Assembly (NCBI GenBank): GCA_028023455.1
Contig: JAQFVV010000006.1
Location: 13,268,001-13,332,000, forward strand
Length of the DNA: 64,000 nucleotides
Direction of reading: 5' to 3'
Source: Epiperipatus broadwayi
Lineage: Eukaryota; Animalia; Onychophora
Below the pieces are notes generated by a model, which was given only the letters and a program-made list of their open reading frames with translations, was not told the DNA's origin and searched no databases. Positions 12,799 through 26,772 of the stretch are shown here, piece by piece (positions within the stretch are counted from its first letter, which is position 1; every line of letters begins with the position of its first letter). The position numbers and the translations under genes are program-made.

Positions 12799-14686
12799 GA
12801 ATTACATCATTCATTTTATAAAACTTTTGCCACTCAAATATCAATGGCCTCTCAAGTAACTAATTATGTAATTATTATTATTGTTATTAATATTATTATT
12901 AGAATTACCTATTCATTTTGTGATACTTATGGTGTACAAATATGGTATGTCCTGTTGAATGACTGAATTCTGTCATTTATTTGTGATACATTTGTCAATC
13001 AAATATCACATGACCTCCCATGTGATATCATCATTTTGTTATATTGATGCTGTTCAAATATTCATGACCACTTAAATGACAAAGCTTTCAATTAACTGTT
13101 GCACTGATTTTTCATATATTTAAATAAATCACCCAAAATAATATAAAATATCTTTATATAACAGCAATAATTATATACATATATATATAATAAAAACAGT
13201 ACAGAAAAGCTTTTTTCAGCAAATATATTTTTGCCCTTTTCAATGTGATGAAACTAGTTTAAAGCTTCAATTTACATTGCATACCTAGTGCCATCTATCT
13301 TATATAAATATAATTAACTAGAACCAATTATAATAATAATACAATATGTACAAAAGAAATCTGTATAAATTCTGTAATACTTGTGGTACTTTAATATCAC
13401 ATCTTCTTTTGACAGTCTAATCATTTGATTATATATACATAAATTGGTCTTTAAAATTATATGTAACTTTTTAAACAACAATTTTGACACATAAACTGAT
13501 TTCTATACATAACAAAAAAAAAAAAATAACAATTCCCTACATGGATTAATGCAATGGTCGAAAGTTGGACTCTGGATATATGATATTGAAATTGATTCAA
13601 GTTGTGGCACTGTCAGTGCTCAGATTTTTTATAAACTCAATAATAAAGCCATTCAATGATGATGATAATGATAATTATTATTATTCTAATATTTTTAACA
13701 TTATATCAATTATTTGTGACACATAAAATCATTATTTAAAAATTAACCAATTATAGAACGAAAAAATTAAAAATTTAAAATTTATTTAAAATAAATAACC
13801 CTTAGTTTAAAAAAATATAAAATTATAAATTCATAAATTTTATGTGCATGAGAATCACCACGAATCATCTCTCAGTCCGAGATTTCTTCTTCCTACACTC
13901 AATCATGTGATTATACCTATTCTTTCTTGATTTATTACTAGGTACTGTCTTTTTATAAATAATGCTTCCAATTTTTTATTAATTCTTTTTTAAACCTTAA
14001 TGTGTACATTTTTAAAATAAAATCGATTTATAGGCATGTGTATATATATATGTTAAATATGTAAAGTATATACAATTTGCTAATATCTATAATTTCAGTG
14101 AACCATTTTAAATTAGAATCAAATCTAATAAATATGGTGTCACTATGTAAGATATAAAAAGAAATAAAAGTAATAGATAATGCTGTTAAAAATACAATAA
14201 ATATTAAATATTAATCAGAAAATTCAAATACATCTTTACAATGGTTATAGAGGGCAACTGATACCCCAAAATCCAACACAAATCAAAATCTTGCAGAAAA
14301 AATAAGCAATTACAATGGGTTCCCAATGGTAAAAAAAATAATTTCGTAAATTCAGAATATATAAAAATTTGATTTAAAAAAATAAAAATATACTATATAA
14401 AATATACTATATAAAAACATGTCAGTAGCTGTATAATAATATATATATAATTTTTCTATTGATGATGCACCATTTTGTTTATAACATAGCCAGAAAATAT
14501 TTCCTGAATTGTAATTCATTAAATTAAAATAAGGCTTGAAGAAAAACCTAATAATTAACAATAATTTACAGTTTAAATTTTTTTTTTTTAAAAAAAAGCA
14601 TAAGTTATATTTTAAAATTTATTTTACATACATTCTATCTTCTATTAAACTTGCTGCTTATGTTTGCAATGACAGAACATCATACA

Positions 14687-14768
14687 TAGGCAGAGTGCTT
14701 GCAATACCAGAATGCCATAGTTGGACTTTTTAATATGGCACTCTGCCATCACAAACACTCTCACCCAA
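14687..14768 (-). ncRNA. Candidate pre-miRNA-like hairpin
   Basis: On the minus strand 27 of 28 stem positions pair, five of them G-U, around a 14-nt loop; on the plus strand those five become A-C/C-A mismatches. Confidence 0.4.
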
Positions 14769-16571
14769 TCAGAGAAAGGTACAACATTTTACCATCATAT
14801 ACACAGGTAGCAGGTATAATACGTAAGTACCATAAATTTTTATTTTATGTAAAATCTAATAAATGTTTGAATTTTTTCTACATACTTTTTGTTTTTTCAA
14901 AAAAAGCTTTGTAAATTTGTTTATTTTACATAAATACAGTAAAATTAAATCAAAATTTGATTAAAAAATGTAAAGTACTGTCAATTGTTGCAATTTTAAT
15001 AATGTAAATGATTAAATCTTTATTATTTTTTTATGCTGATTTTCTGCTGTATTTACTTTTTACATTTACGATGAAAGCTACCATTAACTTGAATATCAAA
15101 AAAAAATTATGATATTATTGATTTAAAATTGAACAAATAAATGTATTATTAACTTATGCTTAGAAACCTTTGATCATATAAAATTGATTATTAACTGCAT
15201 AATAGATCAAATATTTTTCACTTTTTTTTACTCAAAATAATTTACCATTTGATGATCACATCTTACAAATTATGATTAACGTACATTTTGCAGTAAGCAA
15301 AATAATATTAATAAAAATTTTAATCCATGAAATTAATTGAGTAAGTATATTTTATCTAATGAACATATTGTAAAAATTAATATTAACAAATATTGTTGTT
15401 GAATGTGATCAAAATAAGGTATAATTATTTATTGTATTGAATGAAACTGGAATGGGTTTTTTTTCATTTGTATGTGTAAATGACAAAAATCATCTTTATT
15501 TTGGATATCATAAATTTTAATTTTATAATCAAAACATAATTCTGTATGCTTTATAAAGAATAAAAAACATTTTGTACATTTTTATCATCAATTTCATCAT
15601 TTTATTTTGAGCTGAAATAGCTTTCAATCTTACAAAATGGCGACCATTTTTCAAAATGGTGGTTGTTTTTAAAAAAATATTTCAATCTGTTTTTAACATT
15701 TGTTGAAGAAAATATATGATTGTGAATCAAAATAGTAGATAAAAATTGGTAATGATCACTATGGTGAATCCTTGCATAAAGGTCTGTTACTAACTAAAGT
15801 AAAGCTGTAAATATCCAATAACAACATATTAAACTGGAAACACACAAAACGTTGAAGTCCATTGTAATTTTTATTTAAGAACATATAAAATTTGAATAAT
15901 TACTAAAATTGAGAGTTCACGATAACCAAATTACAGAATAACATGAACTCAAATAGTAAATAAATTCATTACAAAACAACAAAAAAGGAAGTAAAAGAAA
16001 ATCGCTTGAATTTTGAATATTATTAACAAAACATTAATAAATGAAAATGAATACTTCATGAGATTTGGTGATCTATAAATATCCCTTAAAAATGAGAATG
16101 ATTCTTTACATGTGAAATATAATGGTTAAAAGCTGTAAAGATCAAGTAAACACACACAAATTCTGTGTTAACTTTTAATCCCAGAAAACTTCAATTGGTA
16201 CTTCAATCTACAATATGGGGTCTCAATAGTCAGCATTTATTTAAATCACAACCATAAAAACTTTTAATGAAAAAAATTAGCCTGTTAATAAGTTTTCAAT
16301 TGAAAACTATTGAACAATAAAGCTTTTATTTGCAATTATTGTGCAAAGATGTCAGGAGCATACAGTATATCAAATGAGAAGAGATTAATTTCTCCTTAGG
16401 AGAAAATGTACCTGTGGATTTGCGCAACCTTTTTCACTGATGAACAAAATATTATATCATCAATTTAACTAAACTTATGAGAGTAATGAATTCTCAGGTG
16501 TGAATTAGTAGTGAAAAATAATAAAAACACTAACACTATCTTTTATATAAATTCAAACATTAATTGAAAAG

Positions 16572-16678
16572 TTTTTTTTTCTCATGTGTCATAGCATCAG
16601 CCAGAAAGCGAACCTGCTAACCCGGGACAACTGCTTGTAAAGCATCTATCGCTGACCTCTCGACCACCAATGCTTGAT
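16572..16678 (-). mobile_element. tRNA-Gly-derived SINE
   Basis: Reverse complement: TCAAGCATTGGTGGTCGAGAGGTCAGCG...GGTTCGCTTTCTGGCTGATGCTATGACACATGAG plus an A tail. Confidence 0.8.
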
Positions 16679-16858
16679 AAAGTTTTCTTTAAATAATTTA
16701 AGCAACTTTCCTATCAAAATGTATTCCATTAAGTTAATTTATAAATTATATATTTAATTATAATTTTTTAAAATACTAAACTTTTTTAAAACAAGATAAA
16801 AATCTTAATTTCATATATATATTTTCTACATATTATATTCAAATATAAGTATGTTGTC

Positions 16859-17710
16859 TATACTAAAATTAATGTACTTAGAAGGGGCTTGAACTCAGAC
16901 TTTCAAGCTCGCTATAGCTATGCACTCCATCATATACAACTGATACACATGACCACGTAAATGTAAAAAAGATTAAGGCTCTCCAATAAACATATTTTGT
17001 GCTGAACCAGCTCTCATCAGTTGGTCCATATCACCATCTCCTGCACATGTATACAATCAGTGCTCAGTTTATATTGATAGCAAATCTTCAAACTTTAATG
17101 GAGAAGCTTCAATATGCTCCACCCTTCCATCCATATCATTAAAAATCATTGATGGAACACTCAAAGCCCTTGTTGATGCCAATATTATTGTCTTATTCAT
17201 GTTGACTTTGTTATTCTGACCACTCATATATAGGGGACCTTAATATATCCATTTAAATATACATATTCAGCCTTTATTCTGCCCATCTTTCTTCAGTGTA
17301 TTTAAATGGACATATTAAGTCCCTATATGTGAGGGACGAATTGGCTTAAAGTCAACATGGGTATGACAATAATATTCCATCAACAAGGCCTTGAAATGTT
17401 CCATCATCAGATTTTCAATGATATGGATGATTGAAGAGTTGGAAGGTGGAGAAGATTGAAGCTTGTCCATTAAAGTTTGAAGATTTGCTATCTTAATATA
17501 AACTGAGCACTGATTGTATATATGTGTGGGAGATTGTGATCTGGACCAACTGATGAGTGCTGGTTCAGTACGAAATTTGTATATTGGAGATCATTAATCT
17601 TTTTCACATGTATGTGGACATGTGAATCAGTTGTATAAGATGAAGTGTAGAGCTATAGGGAGCTTGAAAATCTGAGTTCAATCTCTTCAACTTACATTAA
17701 GTTTAGTATA
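16859..17710. mobile_element. 852-bp palindrome of two family B2 arms, HHR in each arm facing outward
   Basis: 16859-17250 is the reverse complement of ~17290-17710 (ends TATACTAAAATTAATG / CATTAAGTTTAGTATA). Confidence 0.85.
17538..17592 (+). ncRNA. Type I hammerhead ribozyme (family B2), intact core
   Basis: GATC tgga CCAA CTGATGA GTGCTG gtt CAGTAC GAAA TTTGTA TA TTGG a GATC: fully paired stem II, extended stem I with an internal loop, AUA cleavage triplet. Confidence 0.85.
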
Positions 17711-17724
17711 TGATGATGATGATG

Positions 17725-17757
<33 letters not shown>

Positions 17758-19379
17758 TTAAAAAAAGAACATTGTACTTGCAAGATTTGACTTTAAACTA
17801 TAAATTAATTAAAGGCTATTTAAATAAATATTACATGCATACATATTGGGAGAGAAAGAGAGTCTTATTTTCTATATTAGAAAATATTTGCAATATGGTG
17901 GATTTGAGACAAAGGGGTATACCGATAAAAAATTTAAATGTTTGAAAATAGTATCTTTATTATAAAATAATGTTTGCAATATCTAGTAAATCCAATGTCT
18001 TGTAGATTTAATAATATTTATTAAAATATTTTCATTTATTTACTAGCAGTTACTCTTAAATTTAAGAGAATTGCCATTTAGAACATCAGAAGGAAAAAAT
18101 AAACAAAATTAGAGAGAAATCAAAAGCATATAAAGTTACTGCCTCATATGAGATCAAAATTAAGGGTGCCTAATCTGCTATGCTAATTCAGTAGGCTGTC
18201 AGCTTTTACCCAGAGAAAACAAAAAGATTAAGGTCAGAATTACAACACATTAAAAGATAAAAGTATAGTTGCCCAAAGATACAATATAATTGCCAGTTTT
18301 AATGCGGAAATGGTTAAATGACTATATAAAAGGATTATGACAACTGGACCCTATGATAGCCTAAATTTCCAAAACCAGTAAGCTAAGATAAAGATCACAG
18401 AGAAGGGACAGTCATGTCAGGAAAGTCTGTCATGTGACAAATATTATCCAGCCTTGGGTGATTTAACAGTTGTCCAGTATATTCCAAAGGTAGAGAGGCA
18501 AACTCAAAGGCTGAAGATTCCTGTATTAAATGTCAATTATCACTTCCTGTCCAACCTCTGAGTAATTAACTAATCGGTTACTTTGTTTATTTTACTTAAC
18601 ATCGTATTCTTCAAAACAGCAGAAGAGACTGAATTATGCTAAATCGTTCTTCAACCTTTTTCAATTTGTGATAGCTTCAGCTACCATTAAACAATTTTAG
18701 TACCTGGTTTAATTATTTATGTCAGAAGTTTAGAAACAGCATTGCAAGATATAAAATAAGCAGATATGCTGCCTTACATGATTTGGTTCAATGATAGAAT
18801 ATTAGACTCTGGAATGTATCCTCAGATTGATTCTCATTCTGACACTTCCAATACACTTGCTTTTAATGAACTCTTAAGCAATAAAGCTATTTAATATTTT
18901 TTCCCTGTGTGATTTGGAGCTGTAGTAAGTTGTCAGATTCTGGAGCATTTTGGCACTTTCAAATGCTCGAATTTTTTATGAACTGTTATATCTCACCTTG
19001 CCTTCAAATAATAGACACTCAAGTCCAGATCAGATTGAGCCTTTATTAATATGGACTGATGGATATACATATAGATAAAAGACACCCAATGGCAAGAATG
19101 GCCCAATAGGTGATGATGATCCCTGAATCCAACTGTTTTCATTATGGACAGGGATCTGGCCTGAATAGTCAGCCCATTTGGAGGTGAGGCCAGAACTTCC
19201 AAATAATAAAGTCATTCAATTATTTATTCAGCAGACTAAAGGAATAGCACAGATTGATTTGTATAACCATCACAAATCTTAGCTACAACTTATGGAAAGG
19301 TGGTTTCTTCTTCCCTCATTTAGTTCGATTAATTTTCAGTTCCACATTTGCTGTTTCTTTTTAGAATTATAATGGACAT

Positions 19380-19790
19380 ATTCGTTTACAATGTTGATTT
19401 TTGCTATGAATATGAGGCCACGCACGTCGAAAGCGCTTAGCCGTTAACTTTTGTATAGACTGACTTATAAGAATAATTATTATAGCACCTCTTTCCAGCG
19501 CCTCACACGCTTCTAATTTTATTAATTACTGTTATATTTTTATATAATTTTACAGACAAAATGGAAACATTTTATATTTGGATATATATTTTTCCCTTGC
19601 TGCTCTACGAAAAAAAAAAAAAGTGATCTTTTATCTTTTAAAATATCATATGAAATTTACAGAAACGCTAACCGAAAGCTTCTTCAAATATTGGGAAGAG
19701 ATTAGAAAAGCTTTTCTCGCTGGCTCTCCTTTCAGCGGTAAACGCTAGAGTTTTCTCCAAACACGAAAAACAGCTTAATTCTTATCGCTG
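19380..19790. promoter_or_regulatory. CpG-retaining island, possible promoter or enhancer
   Basis: Many CG dinucleotides (CACGCACGTCG, AGCGC, CTCGC, AAACGC) against a CpG-depleted background. Confidence 0.4.
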
Positions 19791-20464
19791 AATTGAGTTA
19801 ACAATGTCATAGTGACCCAAAACTAATAAAATTAAAAATATCTGTCTATTATTACATCATTAATACTAGTATGTATTTGATCACATTTTTGATTATTGAC
19901 ATGAACAACATCACTTGTTTTTTGTTGTTGTTAGAAGGGGTTTTTTTTTTTTTTTTTGGTAAAAAAAAAAAAAACACTTTCAAATAGTGACATATCATTA
20001 ATCAAATTACAAACCACATAAAAAACGTGGAGAAAACAACTTTCCATTACTGAAATAGAGGAATTAAGAAGAGAATCCCAGCTGTTTAGGAACAGAATGT
20101 CACCGCATATATAATAGGTTCAATATATAAATAGCCAAACAAAATCTATAGCACTTATAAAAAATCTTTATCAAATTTTGTCAAAGATATATGTATTCTT
20201 AAAAATCTGCAAACTTTTTTACTTTCCGCTTGTGGATATATTTAAAAGTATATAAAAAGGAATTTCCTGTTAACTTAAAAGAGACCCTTTGGTTCCTGTT
20301 CGAGCCTTAAAGGAATCGAGCATGACAAATGTGTCCATCACACACGTTCTTGCCTTTGCAACTTCAAAAGGTTGGGTAGTCAATAGCCCAGACAGCAATT
20401 GTTCACCAAAGGCAGAGGATAACAAGAACCTTTTGATTGTGGATCGAGGCACCACTTCAATAAT

Positions 20465-21790
20465 AGTATTTTAACTAGGTACCTATAACTGCAAATCACT
20501 TTCAAGTAAAGGAGGATCACATAAATTGGAAGAATTGTCTAATATTAAATGGGATATTGTAGGAATTTGTGAAGTTAAAAGAAAAGGTGAAGAGACAATC
20601 AAATTCAAATGGAGTTGATTCATTATAAATAAATAATGGAAATACAACATTGTAAAGCTTACATCTGATAACATTTCCAACCTTTTTATACATTTAACAA
20701 TACTATTTTTTTATAATAAAACTTAACTCTTACAGATTTTTTTTGGAAATAGGATTATAACAATTTCTGATGATGACTGCAGGACAATTGAAATTGTAAG
20801 AGTAAAGTTTTAGTGTACAAAATAGTATTGTTAAGTGTATAAAAAAGTTGAAAATGGTATCATGTGTAATATAGAAATCAATACATGAAGAAAGGAGGAG
20901 GAAGAAGAAAATTGTAAAGATTGATAGTATATCAGACAAAACTAGCAAGATTAGTTTTCAGCTTCATAAACAGAAGAAAGAAAAGTAGGATATTTCAGGT
21001 CTATGTGCAACAAGCTCTTTTGATGAAGCAGTAGTGGACTTTTACATGGTCTTACAAAATAACTTTGATCAAACCAAACAATATTTTTTAATTAGCATAG
21101 GAGAGGTTAGTGCTAGAATTGAAAAATGAATAAAAGATGAAGTGTTGTTGGTAAATTGAATTATGGTGATAGAAATAATGGAGAACAAATGTGAGATTTG
21201 CAAAGAAAGAAAAATTGTATATTATGATTTTTTTTTTTTTTTTTTAGAAAAATGCTAAACAGAAATGAATATGGAAGCATCCAAATGAAAGTATAGCAGA
21301 ATTGGATTATATTTTGACTAATGGAAAATATCCATTCAGCATAGGATAGGATCTTGGATTAGTGAGATGTAAGAAGCATGATAAAGCAAAACTAGATTGA
21401 TAAAAATATCAAAAGACCAGTATTAACAGTAGATGTTACTAACTTTCAAAATAATCCAGTGTACCATAAAAATGGCTGGAGTCAAAAAAAAAATCCAGCA
21501 ATTTACCATTATTTTTTAATTCAGACACAAAAATGTATGAATAAAAAAATATATATGAAAACTTTTTATAATAATCAACTAAGAGGAAGGGTATATAGAG
21601 AGTTTTGTAAAGAAGTGCAAACAAATTAATAATGATAAATGTAAATGGAACTCAAATGGCAAGGAAAGATATATGAAAAATAAAAGTCTCAAAAATATAA
21701 AACATCTTGATATAGGAAAAAAGCCGTTTCAGTAATAAGAAGAAAAGATGAATCTATTGTTAAGATGGATCATTTCCTCAAATGTGTGTG
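20465..21790 (+). mobile_element. RTE-clade LINE, endonuclease region (degenerate); 5' part of an element running to 27480
   Basis: Translates to LGTYNCKSLSSK...LEELSNIKWDIVGICEVKRKGE, the APE endonuclease start, and later WKHPN...AELDYILT. Confidence 0.8.
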
Positions 21791-21844
21791 AATTTTACAA
21801 ATAATCATTTATTAAGTAAAAACGTGGAAACAAAGTATTCCCTG

Positions 21845-22950
21845 TAATTAAAACAGTAATGTGATGTGATATGATGTGATGTACTGTGACTTCTCCTTAA
21901 ACAAAGTCAGGAATCTCTCAGCAACTATGCCCAAAGAAACCTGTTAACCACTTCACCTTCCCCTTCCATTCCCAACCCTAAGCTTCCCATAATCAGCTCC
22001 ATCCCATTTCCACAACATAATCTTTGTCAACTCTATGGCCTTTATCTCTAAATCCCCCTTATCTTTTCCCAAACCCAGCATAAAAACCAATAACCCACTT
22101 TCTGTATAATCACTTTGTTCATATTTATTCTCCCATAACTTCATTATTTGTACCCTTTCTGCTTTCAAGCATTTACATTCAATCAACAGATGCCTAATAT
22201 TTTGTATATCTTCCTTACACAATTTGCAGACTAAATCACCCATATTTTTCCATTTACATGTATATTCTCTTGTTGCTAAAGATCTCATTTGAGCCTTAAA
22301 CAATAAGATACTTTCCTTACTATTATCATAAATTAACTCACACCCAATGTTCCGTTTACTTCTATATATATTTAAACTCTTTTTACTCTCCATACTAATT
22401 TTCCATCTCTCCAACTCCCTATTCTTTATTAATGCATCTATTCTTTTATCCCATTCCTTACCACTATAACACTCAACAATCCTCCTAACACAATCATCCC
22501 ATCTTTTATACAAGCATACTGATATAAATTCTTTATCCAAATCCTTTACATACCGCATTACATTTCTCACCCATCTTGTTATTACTCATAACCCAATTAA
22601 ATACTATTTTAGCTATTCTTTTATTATCCATAAACTGCAATCTACCAAACATTTCATTTTACTTTTTGCATCTCTCATATAAAAACTTGACCATCCCATT
22701 TCTCCTTGAATTGCCTCCTTTGCTGTCCATACCTTTGCATCTAATGCATGTCTTCATACTTCCCTTTGTACTTTTTCTAAGTAATCTAATACCCTTTTAC
22801 TAACACATAACACATCATTACCATACTTCCTTCCATACAATTCTAGCTACATCATATTTATTATATGAAAACACTGTTAATTTCTTTACTAAACCCTTTC
22901 TTTTTTTTGCTTCATTTACCAATTTTTTCTCCCATTCAACCAAGCAATTT
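21845..22950 (-). mobile_element. Non-LTR retrotransposon 3' part with a C-terminal CCHC motif and (CATCA)n tail
   Basis: ORF 21953-22570 contains CKLCKEDIQNIRHLLIEC; tail CACAGTACATCACATCATATCACATC; homologous to 46620-47990. Confidence 0.85.
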
Positions 22951-22957
22951 TCCTAGC

Positions 22958-23090
22958 CAACTCTCCATACAGTAGTGCCACCCAGTGGCAAGCCTTAATA
23001 ATCAATGGATGGACTACTGTATGAAGAGTTTTCTACTATTTTGACAGCTCATATAAAACATACAAAATGGTGATCATGTGATGTTTTAGT
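22958..23090. mobile_element. Minimal family A fold-back (outer ends only, locus A-3)
   Basis: AACTCTCCATACAGTAGTGCCACCC...ATCAATGGATG joined to GACTACTGTATGAAGAGTTTT...GGTGATCATGTGATG. Confidence 0.7.
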
Positions 23091-23094
23091 AATT

Positions 23095-24100
23095 CTTATA
23101 ATTATTACATCTGAATTTCCAAGTATTTCAAATAAAAAACCGAAACATGCAAATAGATCTAAAAAAATGGAAAATTGTAGGAAATGATGAACTGTTACTT
23201 ATATTTTAAAAGAAACAGGTAAAGAAATAGTTAAATTGTTAACAAAACTATATATCAAATGTTTAGATATTATTTGCAGTTGTTTGGAAGAATTAAATAA
23301 TATTGATATTTAAGAAAGGTGATAAAAAAATATAAAATATAGATGCTGTTAGTCTTCTATCGGTTTTATACAAAATATTTATCAAATAATTACAACTTAT
23401 CTACAGTAATCTTCCGATTTATACTGTGCACAGCTTGTGCAGTTGGTAGAATGTCCAACTGATCAATTTTGGTACTCACAGATCACGTGGTCAAACTTCT
23501 TATGAACTCCAGAGCAATAAAGTTATTAATATTTTCCCTGGGTTTGGTGCACTTGGTAGAGATCTGGCTTGAGATCAGGGAGTTTCAGGATGGATTCTGG
23601 TGCTCACAGGTCTGTTTCTCGCAGGTCTGGCACTCAAACTTTTTATGAACTCCCGAGCAATAAAACCATATGCCTTTCTTTCTTTGAATTTATAATCTGC
23701 CAAAAAGACAAAGTTAGATCCAAATGTGCTTTTAGTATTATGAATCATATCCAAATATAGGGAGATCAATGAATATGAGTTATCATCGTGCTTTGAATTT
23801 GTAGATTATAAAAAGGCACTTGATTTTAAAAGGATTTCCACTATGATTAGATCAACTATCAAGATATAGACTAGGGTATGATCATATCCTGAAGACTATT
23901 TATCAACGCTTAAAATAGATTACAATATATCACTAAAAAAATTGTGATTAAAAGAGTTGTGTGATAGAATGACTCCACATCTCCAAAAATTTTACAACCC
24001 TTCTACAAGAAGTATTTTGTGGATTAATCTTTACTGACTATATACTGCTACATATTTTCAAATTATTATTTTTTAAATGAAACATCTGTTCCTCTCAGTT
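23095..24100 (+). mobile_element. RTE LINE reverse transcriptase region (degenerate), interrupted by SINEs at 23425-23675
   Basis: Fragments KKGDK...AVSLLSVLYKIF and FVDYKKALD correspond to RT motifs YRPISLLS and FVDYEKAFD. Confidence 0.7.
23425..23678 (+). mobile_element. Two tandem tRNA-like SINEs (family E)
   Basis: A-box-like GCAGTTGGTAGA / GCACTTGGTAGA heads and a shared tail TTATGAACTCC(A/C)GAGCAATAAA. Confidence 0.6.
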
Positions 24101-24234
24101 TTTTCCTAATTATGTTTCTATTTTACAAAATTCAAATTAGTTTGAATTTACCTTGCATAGTGGAGATTTTAGGCACTTTTTGGATCTTAATGAAATCTCA
24201 TATCAGTTGTAGACTAAACTAATTTTAAATATAG

Positions 24235-25600
<1,366 letters not shown>

Positions 25601-26124
25601 GCTGTTGAACAGTTTCCAATTCTTGCAAAAAAATGTATCCAATTGATTCTTGTTCTAAAGTGTAATGAAAGATGATGATGGTAATGAATCTGAGACCATG
25701 GATAATCATATCTATGTGAACAAAGATGGGGGGAGAAAAGTTCCAAAGACATCTGAATGAGTTGCTTAATTAAGGGAACAGTTAGTGCTATAGATTTGAT
25801 AAAAAAAAGTGTGGTGTTTTATTTTGAAATTATTTTTATTTTAAATGTTCATTTGAAACTTTAATTATGTCATAAATATTTTTCTTATAAGAGGTATCGC
25901 AACTGATTGTAGTTTTAACAGCAACAAAATCTGTTGCACCCATTAGGAGAATAAAAATATGCAAATTATATTTAAGTCATCTACATTTTGCAGTTGATGT
26001 GACTATTTTTTGTAAATAATGTTTGAAAACTTCAGAAAATATTACAAGACTCATTAGATGAGAGTAAGAAAATAGTCTGAAGATAAATGTTAAAAAATAC
26101 TATTGTTCAATGGGTTTTCTTAGA

Positions 26125-26772
26125 AGAGGAATGTATTTAGGATTCGAACTCAGACTTTTACATGACACTCAACTCTCCATGCCATCTCATATTGCTGACT
26201 CACCTGATCACATACATGTTGAAAAGATAAATAATCACCAATATACATATTTTGTGCTAAACAGCAATCATAAGTTGGTCCAGATTACCATCTCCACACA
26301 TATATACAATCAGTACTCAGCTTTATATTAAGATAGCCAATCTTCATACTTTAATGGACAGGTTTCAAACTACTCCAACCCATAACTTTTCAGTCTTCCA
26401 TTTCATTGAAAATGTGATGCTGGAATGTTCAAAGCCCACATTAGTGCCAAGGTTGTCATCCTACCCATGTTGACATTTAGTCATTCTGACCCCTCATGTA
26501 CAGGAGAATAATCCATTTTTACATATATATGCAAGGAATTGGCAGACCTTTGATGCACTATGCTTCAATATATAAATGACTACACTATATAGGTTTAACT
26601 GTATGTATATATATATATATATATATATATGTAATGTATGTGGGATTCTAACTCAGACTTTCACATGACCCTCAACTTTCCATGCCATCTCATATTGCTG
26701 ACCCACCTGATCACACACATCTTGAAAAGATAAATAATCACCAATATACATATTTCATGCTAAACCAGCAAG
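26125..26772 (-). mobile_element. Family B2 copy plus a partial tandem copy (period ~500 bp) separated by (TA)n
   Basis: GGATTC(G/T)AACTCAGACTTT at ~26140 and ~26643; HHR remnants at 26233-26287 and 26735-26770. Confidence 0.8.

Noticed and set aside
19650-19737. Possible first coding exon MKFTETLTESFFKYWEEIRKAFLAGSPFS with a GTAAAC donor
   Set aside because: No recognisable homology and no compatible downstream exon found; it needs RNA-seq.
20270-20455. PFEVAKAR matches the mitochondrial-carrier signature
   Set aside because: Only an 8-residue match; no usable splice acceptor, an in-frame stop just upstream, and no other carrier exons found.
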